The notes beneath the pieces were generated by a model, which had not been told where the DNA came from, did not search any database, and saw nothing but the letters and a program-made list of their open reading frames with translations. Positions 29,401-44,332 of a stretch of DNA of 64,000 bases are shown here, piece by piece. A program made the position numbers and the translations under genes. How positions within the stretch are numbered: position 1 is the stretch's first letter; each line of letters begins with the position of its first letter. The DNA is from the human T2T-CHM13v2.0 reference genome, Homo sapiens: assembly GCF_009914755.1 (NCBI RefSeq), contig NC_060926.1. One strand, 5' to 3'.

Positions 29401-30108
29401 AACCATGTAACACTGCATAGAGGTAAATAAATAATGAGAAAATAGATATGAAAAATTATCCATTCAAAGGCTATGGCACCTGGATCATTCATCATAACCT
29501 ACAAAATCTACTGCAGCCTCTTCCTCTCCCAATTTTACAAGAGTCCTGTACTGAACTCAGCTGTCTCCAGTATGCTGAAGACTATTTATTACTTCACCTT
29601 CACTATGCACAGGCACCTCATCCTATAGGAGATGACTCTAGCAAATAATTTTCTGTGAAGTTGGTAAATCGTTATGGCTTTTCAGAGGAGTTTTCTCAAA
29701 TAAGCAGAGATCCAACCAAATTATATGATTTGCTGAGACTCTACTACTTCTATTTCATTACAAGTCCTACAAATTTCTACTTCTATTTTCATCTTCACCT
29801 TTTTTAATCTTTACTACCTGTACTAAATTTTTACATTTCAAACAAATCAGTTTCAATAACTCTACTTTTTGAAATCAAAATATTCCATTTATGGTGTTAT
29901 GCATATTAGCAACAAATGTAAAATTACTCCTAAAATTTTAAGGGCAGGGATAACTGCAATACTTGGCATAAAACATGATTTAGTTATATATAATAATGGG
30001 ACTAGTTTATAGCCACACACAAAATAAGTGACATTTCTTTGTAACTACATGTGTATAGTAGAAAGAGAGAGAAGGGAAAGAGAAAGACTGATTAAAAACC
30101 AATGGGCT

Positions 30109-30421
30109 GGCTGGGCACAGTGGCTCACACCTGCAATCCCAGCACTTTGGGAGGCCGAGGCGGATGGATCACCTGAGGTTGGGAGTTCAAGACCAGCCTA
30201 GTCAATATGGTGAAACCCCGTCTCTACCAAAAAAAAAAATACAAAAATTAGCAAAGCATGGTGGCTCATGTCTGTAATCCCAGCTAGTCGGGAGGCTGAG
30301 ACAGGAGAATCACTTGAACCCCAGAGGAGAGGCAGAGGTTGCAGTGAGCCAAGATTGTGCCACTGCACTCCAGCCTAGGCGACAGAGCGAGACTCCGTCT
30401 CAAAAAAATAATTTAAAAAAA
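30109..30421 (+). mobile_element. AluSp/Sq-like
   Basis: 'ggatcacctgaggttgggagttcaagaccagcc'; full dimer with A-rich tail. Confidence 0.94.
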
Positions 30422-30827
30422 TTGACTAATATTTGTTTTATTGACACACATATTCATTTCACTCTGTCTACATTCCTATATCTTCCCTTTTTTTTTTTTT
30501 TTTTTACTCTGTGACACCCCTAAAGAACAACTGGTTCCTGTCCTGTCCCACTTCCTGGCCATGTTCCTCTTGGTATTTAGCAGTGACTGTTCTCCTAGGG
30601 GCCATACTGTGGCATATCCCCTATGCAGGAGCAGAGAAAATCCTGCCACCAAATGTGAGTAAAGAAATGCCTTCAGAACTACAACTTGGTCAAAACCCTA
30701 CAGCTCTTTTATCAGGCCCTGAAATTAGATTGAGAAACATACAGAGTTTTACAAATAATAATGATACCAATAGCTCCTGGCACTTTTAGTTCCTCAATTT
30801 TCTTTTTTTGTTTTTTCTCCTTTCAAG

Positions 30828-30946
30828 CCACTGCTGTTCAAGAAGGACCTCACTGATACCTGACATGACACATCAGAAAATAAGTGTGAAGTCTGGCTAT
30901 GCTATGACCCTGAGAGTTCACATTTGTGGTTCAATCGTGGCTACAT
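30828..30946 (+). other. Candidate non-coding exon
   Basis: Long polypyrimidine tract plus AAG acceptor (30826-27); CAT/GTGAGC donor at 30947. Motif evidence only. Confidence 0.25.
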
Positions 30947-32143
30947 GTGAGCTGTTTACACTCTAGTTATCTCTTGAAATTTGGCAGTCATTACTTATCT
31001 ATGTACAATTTGACTTCTCTCTTCCCGCCGGGGAAAAACTATGCCTCGTTACCATCTTTATATCTTTTATCCATCTTCTTTTTAAAATTAGTTTGTTGAT
31101 GTTTCTCTAATTATAACATTTGGGAAATACAGAAAATTCTACTGGACATGAAAACTCATGATATAACAACACTCACAATATCATTATCCAAAGGTATCCA
31201 CTGTTAGCATTTTTAGTACTTCCACTCAACCCTTTTCCTTTCCTGCCTTTTTAGAGGTAAAAATCATACAATGCATTTTTAATTTTTTCTTCACTTTTCT
31301 CAGTATTTTATTATAAGCATTTCCCATTTAATACAAAACTTCATAAATATTATTGGTTTCATGATTCCCTACTAAAGGACAATCATATAATTTATTTGAA
31401 CAGTTTCCTAATTGGGGATATTCAGACTATTTCCAAGGGTATGAATAGCACACATTTGATAAATGAACATGAAAGAGCATTTTATTTATGCGTCTAACCA
31501 ATTTGTTTCCCTAGAAGTACAGAGGCAGACTCAATGAATCAGAGTGAGTATTTTTGTGGCTCTCAATACATATAACTTCTGCCTGTTTTCAAACCTGATT
31601 TTAAGTTTTACCTAGTTCCAGATAGTTGTGACTACATGTAGTTAATGTTCATCTATGAGAATTGCTGACTAAATATAAGAGAAGGTAATTGAAGGGAAAT
31701 GTAATGAGAAGGGGGTAATTTTCTTGGAATTTCCATTTTGAAGAGTTATTTTATCCTTGATTAAGTTATACGTCAATTTTAGTGTGACTTTTCTGACTAG
31801 AGAGAACATGCCAGATCTTTTAGCTTTCCTTTAGAAGTGGTCTTCAGGATTTTTCTTGTTTGCTTTTTCTTCCAATTCTTAAGTGAATTTAGGCTCTCTC
31901 TTCATTTTTCTGATGCAAATATCCATGTGGTCTGGACAAAGGAGATGCATTCTTCTTTTGTCCTTCCCTACTATTGGGTTCACTTTAATCTGTAACACAA
32001 AGCAAGTTATCCCTCTATTTTCTAAACATTTTTGTGCTCTCAGTTTTATTCGTCCAGTTTCTTGTTTAGCTGCCTAAATTCTCCCAGCTCATTCACTCAC
32101 AGCCACTTCTGGATGATACCTGTTGCTTCAGGTTAATCACTCC

Positions 32144-32498
32144 TGTATTAGTCCATTTTCATGCTGTTGATAAACACATACCCGAGACTGGGCAATTTAC
32201 AAAAGAGGTTTAATGGACTCACAGCTCCACCTGGCTGGAGAGGCCTCACAATCATGGTGGAAGGTGAAAGGTATATCTCACATGGCGGCAGACAAGAGAA
32301 GAGAGTTCGTGCAGGGAAACTCCCCTTTATAAAACCATCAGATCTTGTGAGAATTATTCACTGTCAACAGAATAGCATGGGAAAGACCTGTCCCCGTGAT
32401 TCAATGATCTCGCACCAGATCCCTCCCACAACACTTGGGAATTGTGGGAACTACAATTCAACATAAGATTTGGGTGGGGATACAGCCAAACCATATCA
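32144..32498 (-). mobile_element. THE1B-like solo LTR
   Basis: tgtattagtccattttcatgctg...cagccaaaccatatca; 'gcagacaagagaagagag...gtgcagggaaactccc'. No clear TSD. Confidence 0.92.
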
Positions 32499-33613
32499 GC
32501 CTTATCCAAACTGTGGCCAGAGAGCTATGTACTCAGAAGGGTTTCCAATGCCACCATTCCACAATCTTACAGTAAAATGTCATCAAACATTCCTGTTAAA
32601 TGTTGTTCACTTTGTTCTCACTCTGACATAATTCTCTTTCTTTTCTCTCTTCAGGAAAGAGAGCTAAATCCTTCCACTGAGTCCTATCTTGTAAGCAGAT
32701 CATTCCTTCTCTACGCAGAGCTGTCGAAGTCACAGAAAGCACTAACATTCCAATGGTGATTTTCCTTAAGAAACAGCATTTTAAACAGTGACTGGGGAGA
32801 TGAGTAGCTATGGCTTCTCTCTAACTGTGGTTTTGTGCGTCTTTGTGTATGAGCAACAGAGGGCAGTGAAATGGGCGGAGGGATAAAAATAACCAGTCCT
32901 TTTATGTTTGGATTGAAAAAAATATCTTGCTAATGCAGTTCTACATTTAACAATTTTTCTTAGGTAAGTTAGACATTTAATAGCAAAAGTCACTGATGTT
33001 CTATGGAAGGACTTCACCAGTCTTCTCTATAAATGACAAACTGCTGGAATGTAAAACATTTGGTTTTTTACAAATGCCTTTACTCGGGTTGGAAGTCGTG
33101 ATCTATGTTTCAGGTCAAAGGCAAGAACATGCTTTCCCCTGTTTCCTGTCTCCAAGCGATCAATCATTTATTTCCCCAGGGAATTGTAGTTCTTGGGCAT
33201 GTGGCCTGTTTTCCATTGGCTTCTATTATCTTTTGCTAATTAGATTACAACCTAGTATTTACCTTACTATGTGGCTTTGAGACATTCCCCTCCCCCCGCG
33301 CAGTGTTTTTCTGTTCACTTTACGAATGCTGCACCTCATGAGTTCTCTTGGCCTGCTTTGTTAAACCAGGCAAAGTGAGGAGCTCTACATTCACATTTGA
33401 GGGGAAAGGAGTAAAAAAAAAAAAGAAAATTAATTAATCTTACTCTATGTTCAGATCTAATTCACCTTTGAGGATACGCCCTCAGGAAATTTTATAGTTG
33501 TTGCTATCTCTAGACTACTTTAGATTTTATTTTATAACTCTCACCTTGAATTTACATTTTGCTTATACTAGGTAAAAATTTATTATCTGACACCAAATAG
33601 TATTGCGTCCCAC

Positions 33614-34091
33614 TGTGATGATTAATTTTATGTGTCAATTTGGTTAGGTTATGATGACCAGTTGTTTGGTCAAACACCAGTCTAGATATTGCTGTGAAGG
33701 TATTTTTTAGATGTGATTAACATTTAAATTAATAGAATTTGAAAAGCAGGTTATCCTATATAATATGGGTGGGCTTTAGTAAGTCAGACAAAGGCCTTAA
33801 AAGACAAGGACCCACAAAGAGAAAGGAAGTTTTGCCTCCAGACTGCACGACAGAATTTCTAGCTTTTACCATCAAGACTGCGACATCAATTCTTACCAGA
33901 ATTTCTAGCCTGCCCTGTAGATTTTCAACTTGTGAGTCCCCACAAACGCATGAACCAATTACTTGAAACTTCTCTCTCTCTCTCCCCCTGTGGGTGTGTG
34001 TGGTGTGTGTGTGGTATGTGTGTATGTGTGTGTGTTTGCATATATATGTATCCTCTGGGTTCTGTTTCTCTGGAGAACCCTGACTAATACA
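33614..34091 (+). mobile_element. MLT2C/D-type solo LTR
   Basis: TGTGATGATTAATTTTATGTGTCAA...CTGGAGAACCCTGACTAATACA with internal (CT)n/(TG)n; TSD cccac/cacac. Confidence 0.88.
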
Positions 34092-34977
34092 CACACTTTG
34101 CCCCATTCACCCTCAGTCTTTTCTGATTTTTTTTTCCCAAAGATTCTATTTATGAAGAAACTTTCTTCTAAAACTCTGTATTAATCCAAGCACCCATATC
34201 CTTCAGTTTCTATTAATATTCTGAGCTTGTAAGGATAGATACATTGATTTCTAGTCAATTAAAAGGTCTTAGAGCCTTAGGTACGTACGTATCACAAGGG
34301 AATATAAGGTAGTCTAGCTGGAAAGGCAAGAAACCTTTCTCTACAGCACAGAAGAGACATTTATCATAATGGAATTATTGGCTGTAAAATGTCTAACGAA
34401 CATTTTCAATTTGGATGGAATCTGGTTTGCCATAAACCTTATATATTAGAGATAACATTTTAAAAGTTGGCTACAGAGGTTCTCTGTAGGGATAGGGGAG
34501 CTGTATGGAGCATATATCAAATCTCCTGTGAAGCTTTTGAGAACTTTCTCCTCCATTTTGAGAAGAGCATCTCTGTCCAGGGCATCTCTGCCCATGCTGC
34601 TTGCATAAGCTTCCCAGGACACACTCACAGCCCTCCCCCTCCAGCCCCTCCTCCTCACTGTCTTCCATCATCATTTCACTATCACTGGACTCTTGGGAAG
34701 AACAGAACAGGCAGAGAAGAGGAGGCTTTCTGACACAGAGTTAGAGAAAATTTTCACCTGAAGGCGCAAAGTTTATTTTAGAACTTCCAAAATATTCTAG
34801 ACCCCCGCCCCCCAACCAACAAAGACTGGTGTCAGATGATTGGTTGCAAATTTCTTTCTGGGAGGTGCTACCTTACCTCCTAATCTCTCAAACTCTTTCT
34901 ATCACAGTGTAAAAATAAGAGATGGGAAGAACTGAGGACCAGACAAATGGAACACACATTAAAGAGCTCAATAATTT

Positions 34978-35767
<790 letters not shown>

Positions 35768-36848
35768 AATTCTTTGGTTCTTATTGAGCATTTCATTTAA
35801 GTGGTACATTGGTAGAATGTGTACTGGGTAAATGTAAGACATAATCTTCAATATATGGCTAGCTGAACATTTCTCATGGTTGAAAACTTTAAGTGACATT
35901 AGAAAATGAAAATGTGGTACATTTCCTACCTTCACCAAGGTTCCAATTCAGTTGAGAAGAGAAGGCAGATAGCCCCAAAACATAATGATAGGACTGAAGA
36001 AATTCCCAAGAAAGAGCTTTCAGTGTTAAAACTAGAAGAGCCTCAGGTAACCAAGGATGAGTTTGTCACTGTTGAGTATCAAGCAAGGGTGAGGGCCAAG
36101 AGTGGTGGAAAATAAAGAGAAGTCATATAGATGAAGCAGAATTGTGAGGGAAGTCATTCTGGATTAGGTGGAACTCTACGGATTTAAGATTAGGGAGGAA
36201 ATGCTGAGGCAGGAGGAAGGAGGCATTCCAAGAAGAAAGCTCTGGAGGAACAAGGAAATGAGGCTAGATTAAGCCTAATGCATCCGAAAGACAGCAGGGA
36301 GATAAGAAAGGCTAGTTGGATCAAACCCACGCATTTAAATTTTATTCTGTTAACAATAAGAACCAATGGATTTTGAGCAGGGTCCTGTCATGATCTAAAG
36401 AATATTTTCATTTTAGGTCATAAAAAAGTTGGATAGGAGATAGAGCAGACTAGAGTCTGAGAGATCAGATATTTTCCTAATTAATGTTTGAGGAAATTAA
36501 AAAATATAAATTCATTTGATTGCATTAGAAATACAAAAGTCAGAACACATATGAGAAGCATGTCAAGGAAAAGCTGGCAGAAAACTATAACTGATTTGGA
36601 AAAGGAGTGGATAAAGAACATGGAATCAATGATGCTGTCAGACCTTCTGGAGTCAGAATCACCAAGATCCTGGCATCCTGCGAACTCATTCCCTACCAGG
36701 AAAAGCTGATGCCTTTGGTTCTTAGGATGACATCATCCCTGAGGCATGTAAAGGGATTTAGCCTCCTATTGCTAATGCCTTAGATCATCTGCTAGCTGGT
36801 CTTGGGTACATGTTTGTTTTGGGTCTGTGTCATGGGTCCACAAACTAA

Positions 36849-36985
36849 ATATATATATGTATATATATATATATTTATATATATTATTATATATATTTAT
36901 ATATATTATTATATATATTTATATATATTATTATATATTATATATTATATATATTATATATTATTATATTATATATTTATAAATC
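36849..36985. repeat. AT-only low-complexity (TA/TTA)n tract
   Basis: About 135 bp almost free of G/C. Confidence 0.95.
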
Positions 36986-37500
36986 TATTTCAACTTAATT
37001 TCTATTTTGAGCTCACTTGAGCCAGGGTAGCAACATTTTCTACACAGGTTTTTGAGCCACAATAGTTTTACTAAAATCATACCTAAATTTTGAGTGTTTA
37101 AGGTGTGGCCAGAAGCATGGGGGAAAGGCAGCCACAATCTGGGCTTCAAGTCATCTTTCCAGGTGGCCTCTGAGATATCAGTCATGTTCTGGGGACCCAC
37201 AAAGGTAGCTGCTGAAATAACCCTCATTCTCTCCCAACGAACTGTTGCATGGCCGTTTTCTCCTCCAGCGATGTCTCTGCTTTGCTTGTGGGCTTGTGTC
37301 TGCAGCATGCCTGGCTTGCTGGGTCATAGAAATCTCTGCCAGTTGGCTAGGGTTCCAACCACCCCAATCCACTGTGCAGCTGCCCCTTTTCTGGGGTTTG
37401 TTTGCCTCCCTTAAAAAGGAGGCAGCCAAGCCCCATTAGCTGGGGCTCACTGATACTAACCTGGGCCCCTCAAACTGATGAAAAATCGCTCCTCTACTCG

Positions 37501-37915
37501 TTTTTCTTTTTCTCTTTCCTTCCTTTCTCTTCCTTTCTTCCTTCCTTTCTTTCCCTCCCTCTTTCTTTCTCTCTCTTTTTCTTTCTTTCTTCCTTTCCTT
37601 TCCTTTCCTTCCTTCTTTTTTTTTTTTTTTTTTTTTTTTCAGAGTCTTATTCTATTGCCTAGGCTGGAGTGCATTGTTGCAATCATGGCTCACTGCAGCC
37701 TCAACCTCTGGGTCTCAAGCTATCTTATCTCAGCCTCCCAAGTAGCTGGGACCACAGGCATACAGCACCAAGCCCAGCTAATTTTTTTATTTTTCTGTCG
37801 AGATGGGGTCATCCTATGTTGCCTAGGCTGGTCTTGAACTCCTGGGCCCAAGTGATCCTCCTGCCTGTGCCTCCCAAAATGTTAGGATTACAGATGTGAG
37901 CCACCATGCCCAGCC
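37501..37915 (-). mobile_element. AluJ with long CT-rich (purine-rich on Alu strand) tail
   Basis: Alu body about 37640-37915; pure pyrimidine tract 37501-37640. Confidence 0.92.
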
Positions 37916-37929
37916 AGCCCCCAATTCTT

Positions 37930-38155
37930 CACTTTGCCATGGATGGACTGATACTTTTATAAATAAAAAAGTAATAAATAAAAGTAAAATATAAAAAAGA
38001 CAAGCTTATTTTTTATATCTGGGTCATTAGACATAAAATTACCATGTCCAATTTTGATAAACATTTCTAAATGCTTCCTCCTAATATCTGTACTCATTTT
38101 ATTGAGGACTAGTCATACCCATGGGTCCTCTTCCATGATCCACACCTTAACTGGC
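37930..38155. mobile_element. Possible hAT-Charlie MITE fragment
   Basis: 'agacataaaattac...tttctaaatgctt...tctgtactcat' resembles recalled Charlie-type MITE interiors. Confidence 0.4.
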
Positions 38156-38364
38156 ATAAATCTACCTCTTCATTTTTGGCCCAGAAGGACCTTTTCTGAT
38201 TGGGGATAGAGTTGAAAAGAAATCACAGAAATTATCAAGAGAAAAATAATATCTCAAGATTCTTTTGCCACATATTTAGCATTAAAGTTAAGGTTCTCTG
38301 AGCACTGCATTCTACCCCAAACCACACACACACACACACACATTGAGTATTTTAAAATTAGAAA

Positions 38365-38510
38365 CTGGGCAACTTACTGAAACTCTGGGAAACGTCATCT
38401 GTAAAATGGGACTGAACATCACATCTATGAAAGTTCATAAGTACAGAGGATTTCATAAGAAAATGTCCATAAAGTGTCTGCCTTTCATAGGTGATTGGGA
38501 ATTGAGGCTG
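38365..38510 (+). mobile_element. MIR fragment
   Basis: 'ctgggcaactta...tcatctgtaaaatggg'. Confidence 0.6.
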
Positions 38511-39669
38511 TAGCTATTACCATAAAGATACAGGCTCAAGGAAAAATGAAGTTAGGGGTGAAGGGCTCTGAAATCCATTTCAGGAAATAGGCTTTCAAAG
38601 CAAGAAAGATGAGAAGTACTTGGTATGTCTTTGGGTCTTTATCACGGAGCTCTAAGTTCTTGCTGAGTGTAATCTAATTAATCTTGCTCATACTTATGGA
38701 GGTGTCATGTGCTAAGCATAGTGTGAGCTATTAGACCATTAACCACCAGGAGCCTCCCCACTCTGTGACTCAGATACCTATCTGCTAGACTTCTTTACCA
38801 CTTGAGAGTTTAACAAGTCCCTTGTATTTATGGTTTTTAAAGCACTTTTGGATGCTGGAGGATTAAGCGCACTATAAGAATGTCTAGCTTGCAATAATAA
38901 TATCATAGCTTATTCTTGCAATGTTAACTACTCCAACATACGGGATTTTCAATATAATCTAGGCAAACAAATCTTTAAGCTATCTTTCTTGTTAACTAAA
39001 AATGACACAAATTTAAATTAATAGCCGATATAGCAATAAAACTGCTAAAAGATAGGATTCATTGTGCATTAAGCTCTAGATTCTTTATTTAGGTTAGGAG
39101 TGATTATGTGATAATAGGATAAATGCTTTGCTAAAAAAACTAAAATACTCTGTATATCACAGAGGCATATTACATTTGTAGGGCATTAATTTACCTCATT
39201 ATGCAATAAAATTTTTCTTTTTAAGTGAAATCTCAAGAAGAAATCAATTTGCTGAATGGAACTCAAGATACGTTAACCTTGGATAAGAATCAGCATTTGG
39301 CATATGTTCCATGTCATCCAAATAGCTTCCTCTTGACCTTTAAAAAGAGGAAATGATTCTAGAGAAATCCTAACACATCTTGGCAAAAATTCAGGCATAC
39401 TATTCTACTCACTCAAGATGTTTTCCTTGAAAGAATCATGGCTTATCCCTAACACCTAAGGGCATTGAATAGTTTGAACAGAGTTGTGCTGCTCTGAGTC
39501 AAAATAGTTTAACACTATATCAAGAAAATATATTAGAGTAAATATTTTAATTTAGTAATGACTCTACAAAGTTACTGATTTAAAAATCAAGCAAAATTTC
39601 ATTTACATATTGTTTGACTACTAAGAAGACTACCTCTGGTTCCATTGTAGTAGCCTGTTTAGATGGCCA

Positions 39670-40510
39670 TGGAAGTAACTTCAGTACAATCTACTTAGGT
39701 GTCCAAGTCAAAAGCCAAGAGTTAGCTCTTCCTTCTGTTTCTTTCCTTCATCCTCTCCACATCCAATCCATCACTCCATCCTGCTGGTTTATCTGCCCAA
39801 TTATATCTCAAACCTATACATTTCTGTCTATCTTTATCAAAATCTCAGTCTCAGCCCTCATCATCTTTTTCCTGCCTGGAGGGTGCAATTGCTTCCTAAA
39901 TGGGCTCCCAGCTTTCTATCTTACACTGTTATGGTCTATTCTTTATATAGCCTAGAAGGATATTTTAAAAATGTACATCAGATCATATTGCTCCACTGAT
40001 AAAGCTTCAGGTGACATTCTACTACATTAGGATAAAATCGATGTCATTCTCTGGGTCAGGTCTACTTCTGCTTTTTATTTCATACCACTCTCCTCCCTTT
40101 TCACCATGATCTATCCAGATGGGCCTGTTGCTTTTACTTTAGATACTCAAAAGTTGTTTTCAGTTTATTTCCCACTGTTATTCACTTGGATGGAATACAT
40201 TTCCCCCAAATTTTTGCAAGCATGGCTCGTTCTTATTAGGCAGGTCTTACCTCCAATATTTTCTTCTCAGAAAGGTCTCTGACCATCCTATATGTTGTGA
40301 TCATTTTCAGTTACTTTCTATTCCATTATTTTCTTTGTATGACTTAACACAAAGAAATACCTTACAGCCCGGTTGATTGGTTTGTGGTTTATTTCCCTGG
40401 ACCAGAGGCTTCATGAGAATCATGACTGGATCTGCCTTATCACTCTGAATCTCTAGACCAGCACTGTGCCTGGAACTCAGGAGACCCTCAATAAATATTT
40501 ATTGAATGTG
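39670..40510 (+). mobile_element. L2 (L2a-like) 3' fragment
   Basis: 'cacatccaatccatca...gcttcctaaatgggctccca...aaaatgtacatcagatcat...cactgtgcctggaac...ctcaataaatatttattgaatg'. Confidence 0.85.
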
Positions 40511-42797
40511 CTCCTTGACTAAAGCATGTAGATTCTGATAGGCAAAGTGCTGGCTGATGAAAGGGCGTCCTGGCCTGTCCAAAACAGAAATACAAAAGGA
40601 CAAGTATTCAGCCTATTTGCATCATCTTAGTAAGCTGTCATCAAAGACCTCTTTTAAACAAGCAAATTCATTTAGAAATGATTGGCTTGTTAAGCCCTTT
40701 GAACTACCTCTAGAGGCTTATGACTGACTGATGACATTTCACGCACCTTTAGAGCGGTGTTCTTAATGTGACTACATTCTCTTGTGGACTATTTCAGCAA
40801 TATGTTACTATTTGCCATTTTTATTTTCACCCCATAAAGTACATAAATCAAAAAGAATGTTGCTATCATGGATGATCGACATTTTGTCAATTTTTGCTGC
40901 CAGGATTAAAAATAATGTTTGGACTGTTCTCCCAAGAGATATTTAATTCTCTTGATAAATTAATGGCTGGCCTCTGACAGAATAAATGAAACTCTTCTTA
41001 ATCTATGCAATTAAGGAAATTGGCTCATATATATGCTTGCTTCAGGATGCTAACAACATAGGCAGTACATGGCCAGAAACATAGATTACAATCAGGAAGG
41101 CAACCTGGAATACTGGCAGCCAAATTCACTCCATTTGCCTTAAAATGTTTAAATACAGCTGATGTAAAATGGAAACTTCATATAGAGAAGGTGGTAGGAA
41201 AAACGTGTCACCCTAAGAAAGATGACATGAAGAAAATGAAAAAGCAAAACACAAAAATGCATTTCAATTTAAGACCTTCAAGTGGATTAAGTAGACTAGA
41301 ACATATTTTGGTTATACACATTTCATTTTTTAATTAGAAATCCCTTTGAGATACTGTTTCATCTAGGCCTCCATCAGCATTTTCTCCTGTCCCTTTCTTT
41401 ATTTTTCTATGACTTCATCTGGGACATTCCTCCAAAGGTCAATCGCCTCGCCAGAATGATCCACACAATTTTTAAATGTCAGGGATCAATGACGGTGGCG
41501 GGGGTGCGGCAGAGGTGGGAGGAGGTAGGGCAAGTGTATAGATGCACCTGGGACTTGTCTCAACAGGGGTGTGGGAGGAATGGAAAGGCAGGCTCAAAGA
41601 GGTGGGGAGAAGAGCAAAAGGCAGAATCTAGAATTTGTAACTTCTGGGGCCAGAGGAAGCCGCAGCCTGACATAGAGCCATGTGGAGCACACCCTTTATG
41701 CCTCCTTTGCAAGGGAGGCTGGCGAGATGCAGGTCTCACTAATGAGAAAGACAGTGACAGAGTACAAGGCAGGGGATGCAGCAGACATAGAAGGATGGAA
41801 CAGACATGGGGATTTTCTAGCAAGGCACATTTGGATTGTGCTTACCTTGGGGTACACTCTGGGCCTTCATGCAATTAGGGTGATGAAAATTAGGAAGCAA
41901 CCTAAAAGTTTTATCTAATTGCCACTCCTGTCTTATCCCCTATTCTTTGTAATACATAGAATTTTTGTGGTTGTTCTCCAGAATCTCTATTCTCAAGAAT
42001 CCTGTAAGTATCTTTGTGCTATCAATGTTCCATCTGATGCATTCGTCCTTCTACTTCAGTTCCCGCTGCCCTTCTGGCCTCTCCTTCCAGACTACTCTCC
42101 ATTCATACTGTTGTTGGATGAATGACTGATACAGTAGCATTACCTCTTTTAGGAGTCTGTGTGTTAACTACCATTAGATCCTTAAGTTAAAAAGATGAGG
42201 GAAAGTGAAAATGTAATGGAACATAAGTAATACAGTCTACTTACTGTTGTTTACAAACACAGTGGTCATTTTGAAAAGATTCATATTTATCCAGCATGAA
42301 CCTAAAGTCTACTAAAAAAAAAGGCATGCAAGAAATGTCCATTTATTTTATTTAAATGAAACTGAATAATATGAAGCCTCCATCCTTGTCGAAAGATGAG
42401 ACAGTCAATCTTAGAAATTGCTACTCTTGTTCCCTTTCTCTGACCTGACTCCTGATCAAGTCAGACCAAATACTTGGAAAGTTATGTGATGCCCAGAAAG
42501 CAGGGTCGTGGCTGTGAGCTGCAGGTGTCTTCTCTGTCCAGAGCTGGCTGCAGGCACATCTGCTGCTTCTTAGCCACGCATGCAGCTGGGAAACTTTGCT
42601 GAGTCCCAACCATGCTCCTACTCCTCCTTGGGACACAGCAATGAGGCAATGCAGAGAGAGATCCATGAGTGCAGAGTCAGACTTCCCATTTGAGACATGC
42701 TGGTCATGGAGACCTCACCAGGGGGTATCTTTTCAGCAAAGGCTGAAGGAAGTGAGGGGGAATCACATAGAGTGGTAGACTAACAGCCTACAAGCAT

Positions 42798-43123
42798 GGC
42801 CGGGCACGGTGGATCATGCCTGTAATCCTACCACTTTGGGAGGCCAAGGCAGATGGATCATGAGGTCAGGAGTTCGAGACCAGCCCGGCCAACATAGTGA
42901 AACCCCATCTCTACTAAAAATACAAAAAAAAAAAAAAAAATTAGCAGGGTGTGGTGGCGGGAGCCTGTAATCCCGGCTACTTGAGAAGCTGAGGCGAGAA
43001 GAATCACTGGTACCCAGGAGACGGAGGTTGGAGTGAGCTGAGATTGTGCCACTGCACTCCAGCCCAGGTGACTGTGAAACTCCATCTCCAAAAACAAAAT
43101 TGAAAAATAAATAAATAAATAAA
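42798..43123 (+). mobile_element. AluSg-like
   Basis: 'ggatcatgaggtcaggagttcgagaccagcc'; (TAAA)n tail; TSD approximately ctacaagc(c)at. Confidence 0.94.
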
Positions 43124-43137
43124 GTGCTACAAGCCAT

Positions 43138-43376
43138 AGGCTTCTCAACCTAAAGGGAGATTCCTCCTCCCAGGGGCCATTTTCAACTGTGTAGGTGTGT
43201 GTTTGGTTGTCACAATAACTGGTAAGGGGTGAGGGATAAAGGAGGCACTCTTGTTGGTAAATAGGTGACAGAAGCAAGGAACCTCAAAATCCTGGGATGC
43301 ACAGGACATCCACAGACAATGAAGAACTCAAGAAGAGTCCAACAAAAAAATGCCAGTAACATCCTTGTTGAGAAAT
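43138..43376. mobile_element. MER20B-like hAT MITE
   Basis: 'cttctcaacc...tttggttgtcacaat...atgcacaggaca...aaaatgccagta...gttgagaaa'. Confidence 0.7.
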
Positions 43377-44048
43377 GGGAAGCAGAAAGAGCAAGTGAAA
43401 AGCCATGAGGCTGGAGCACTCCCACACAGCCCCATGTACACTTTTTGTTAGCCTAAAGCAGGACTGCTGTGGTCTCCACCCCCTCATACCTTCTCCAATC
43501 GCACTGCAGCTCAGCAGCTCAGACGCAGCTTGTGCTGTGTATCTGCCCCTTGGTGATGTGTGCATTTTATCCCAGAACTTGGAGTACCACAGGGCTCAGG
43601 AACTCCATGATGAGAGCACGCATGCTTGTCCTTCAGACTTGTGGGTGAATTTGCTGGTGGTGACTGATTTACATAAAGTAGGAAAATCACTGGGATTTCC
43701 TACAGTGGGAGACCAAAGGTCCTGTGTACTTTGCTCACATGCAAAAAATGCTCTTTACCTGGAGAGTTATTTTGTAAATAAAATAAAATATAAAATAAAA
43801 TAAAATAGGGGAAGTTCAATACTCCCCAAGAATTTCATCCACTTTGCTGGGAACACTAGAGGAAAATAGCTAACACTTTTCATAGATAACTTAGACTCTA
43901 ATTGATCAATTTATGGACTATATTTGTGAAGAAATGAAGAATTTTGCATTTTCCATTTCCATATATATATATGGAATATATATATATTCATATATAAAAA
44001 ATTCATATATAAATTCATATATAAAAATATATATATATTCATATATGT

Positions 44049-44332
<284 letters not shown>

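Noticed and set aside
35906-36115. 69-aa ORF with natural-looking composition
   Set aside because: Purine-rich strand, probably antisense L2-like decay; no homologue recognised and no promoter or splice support.
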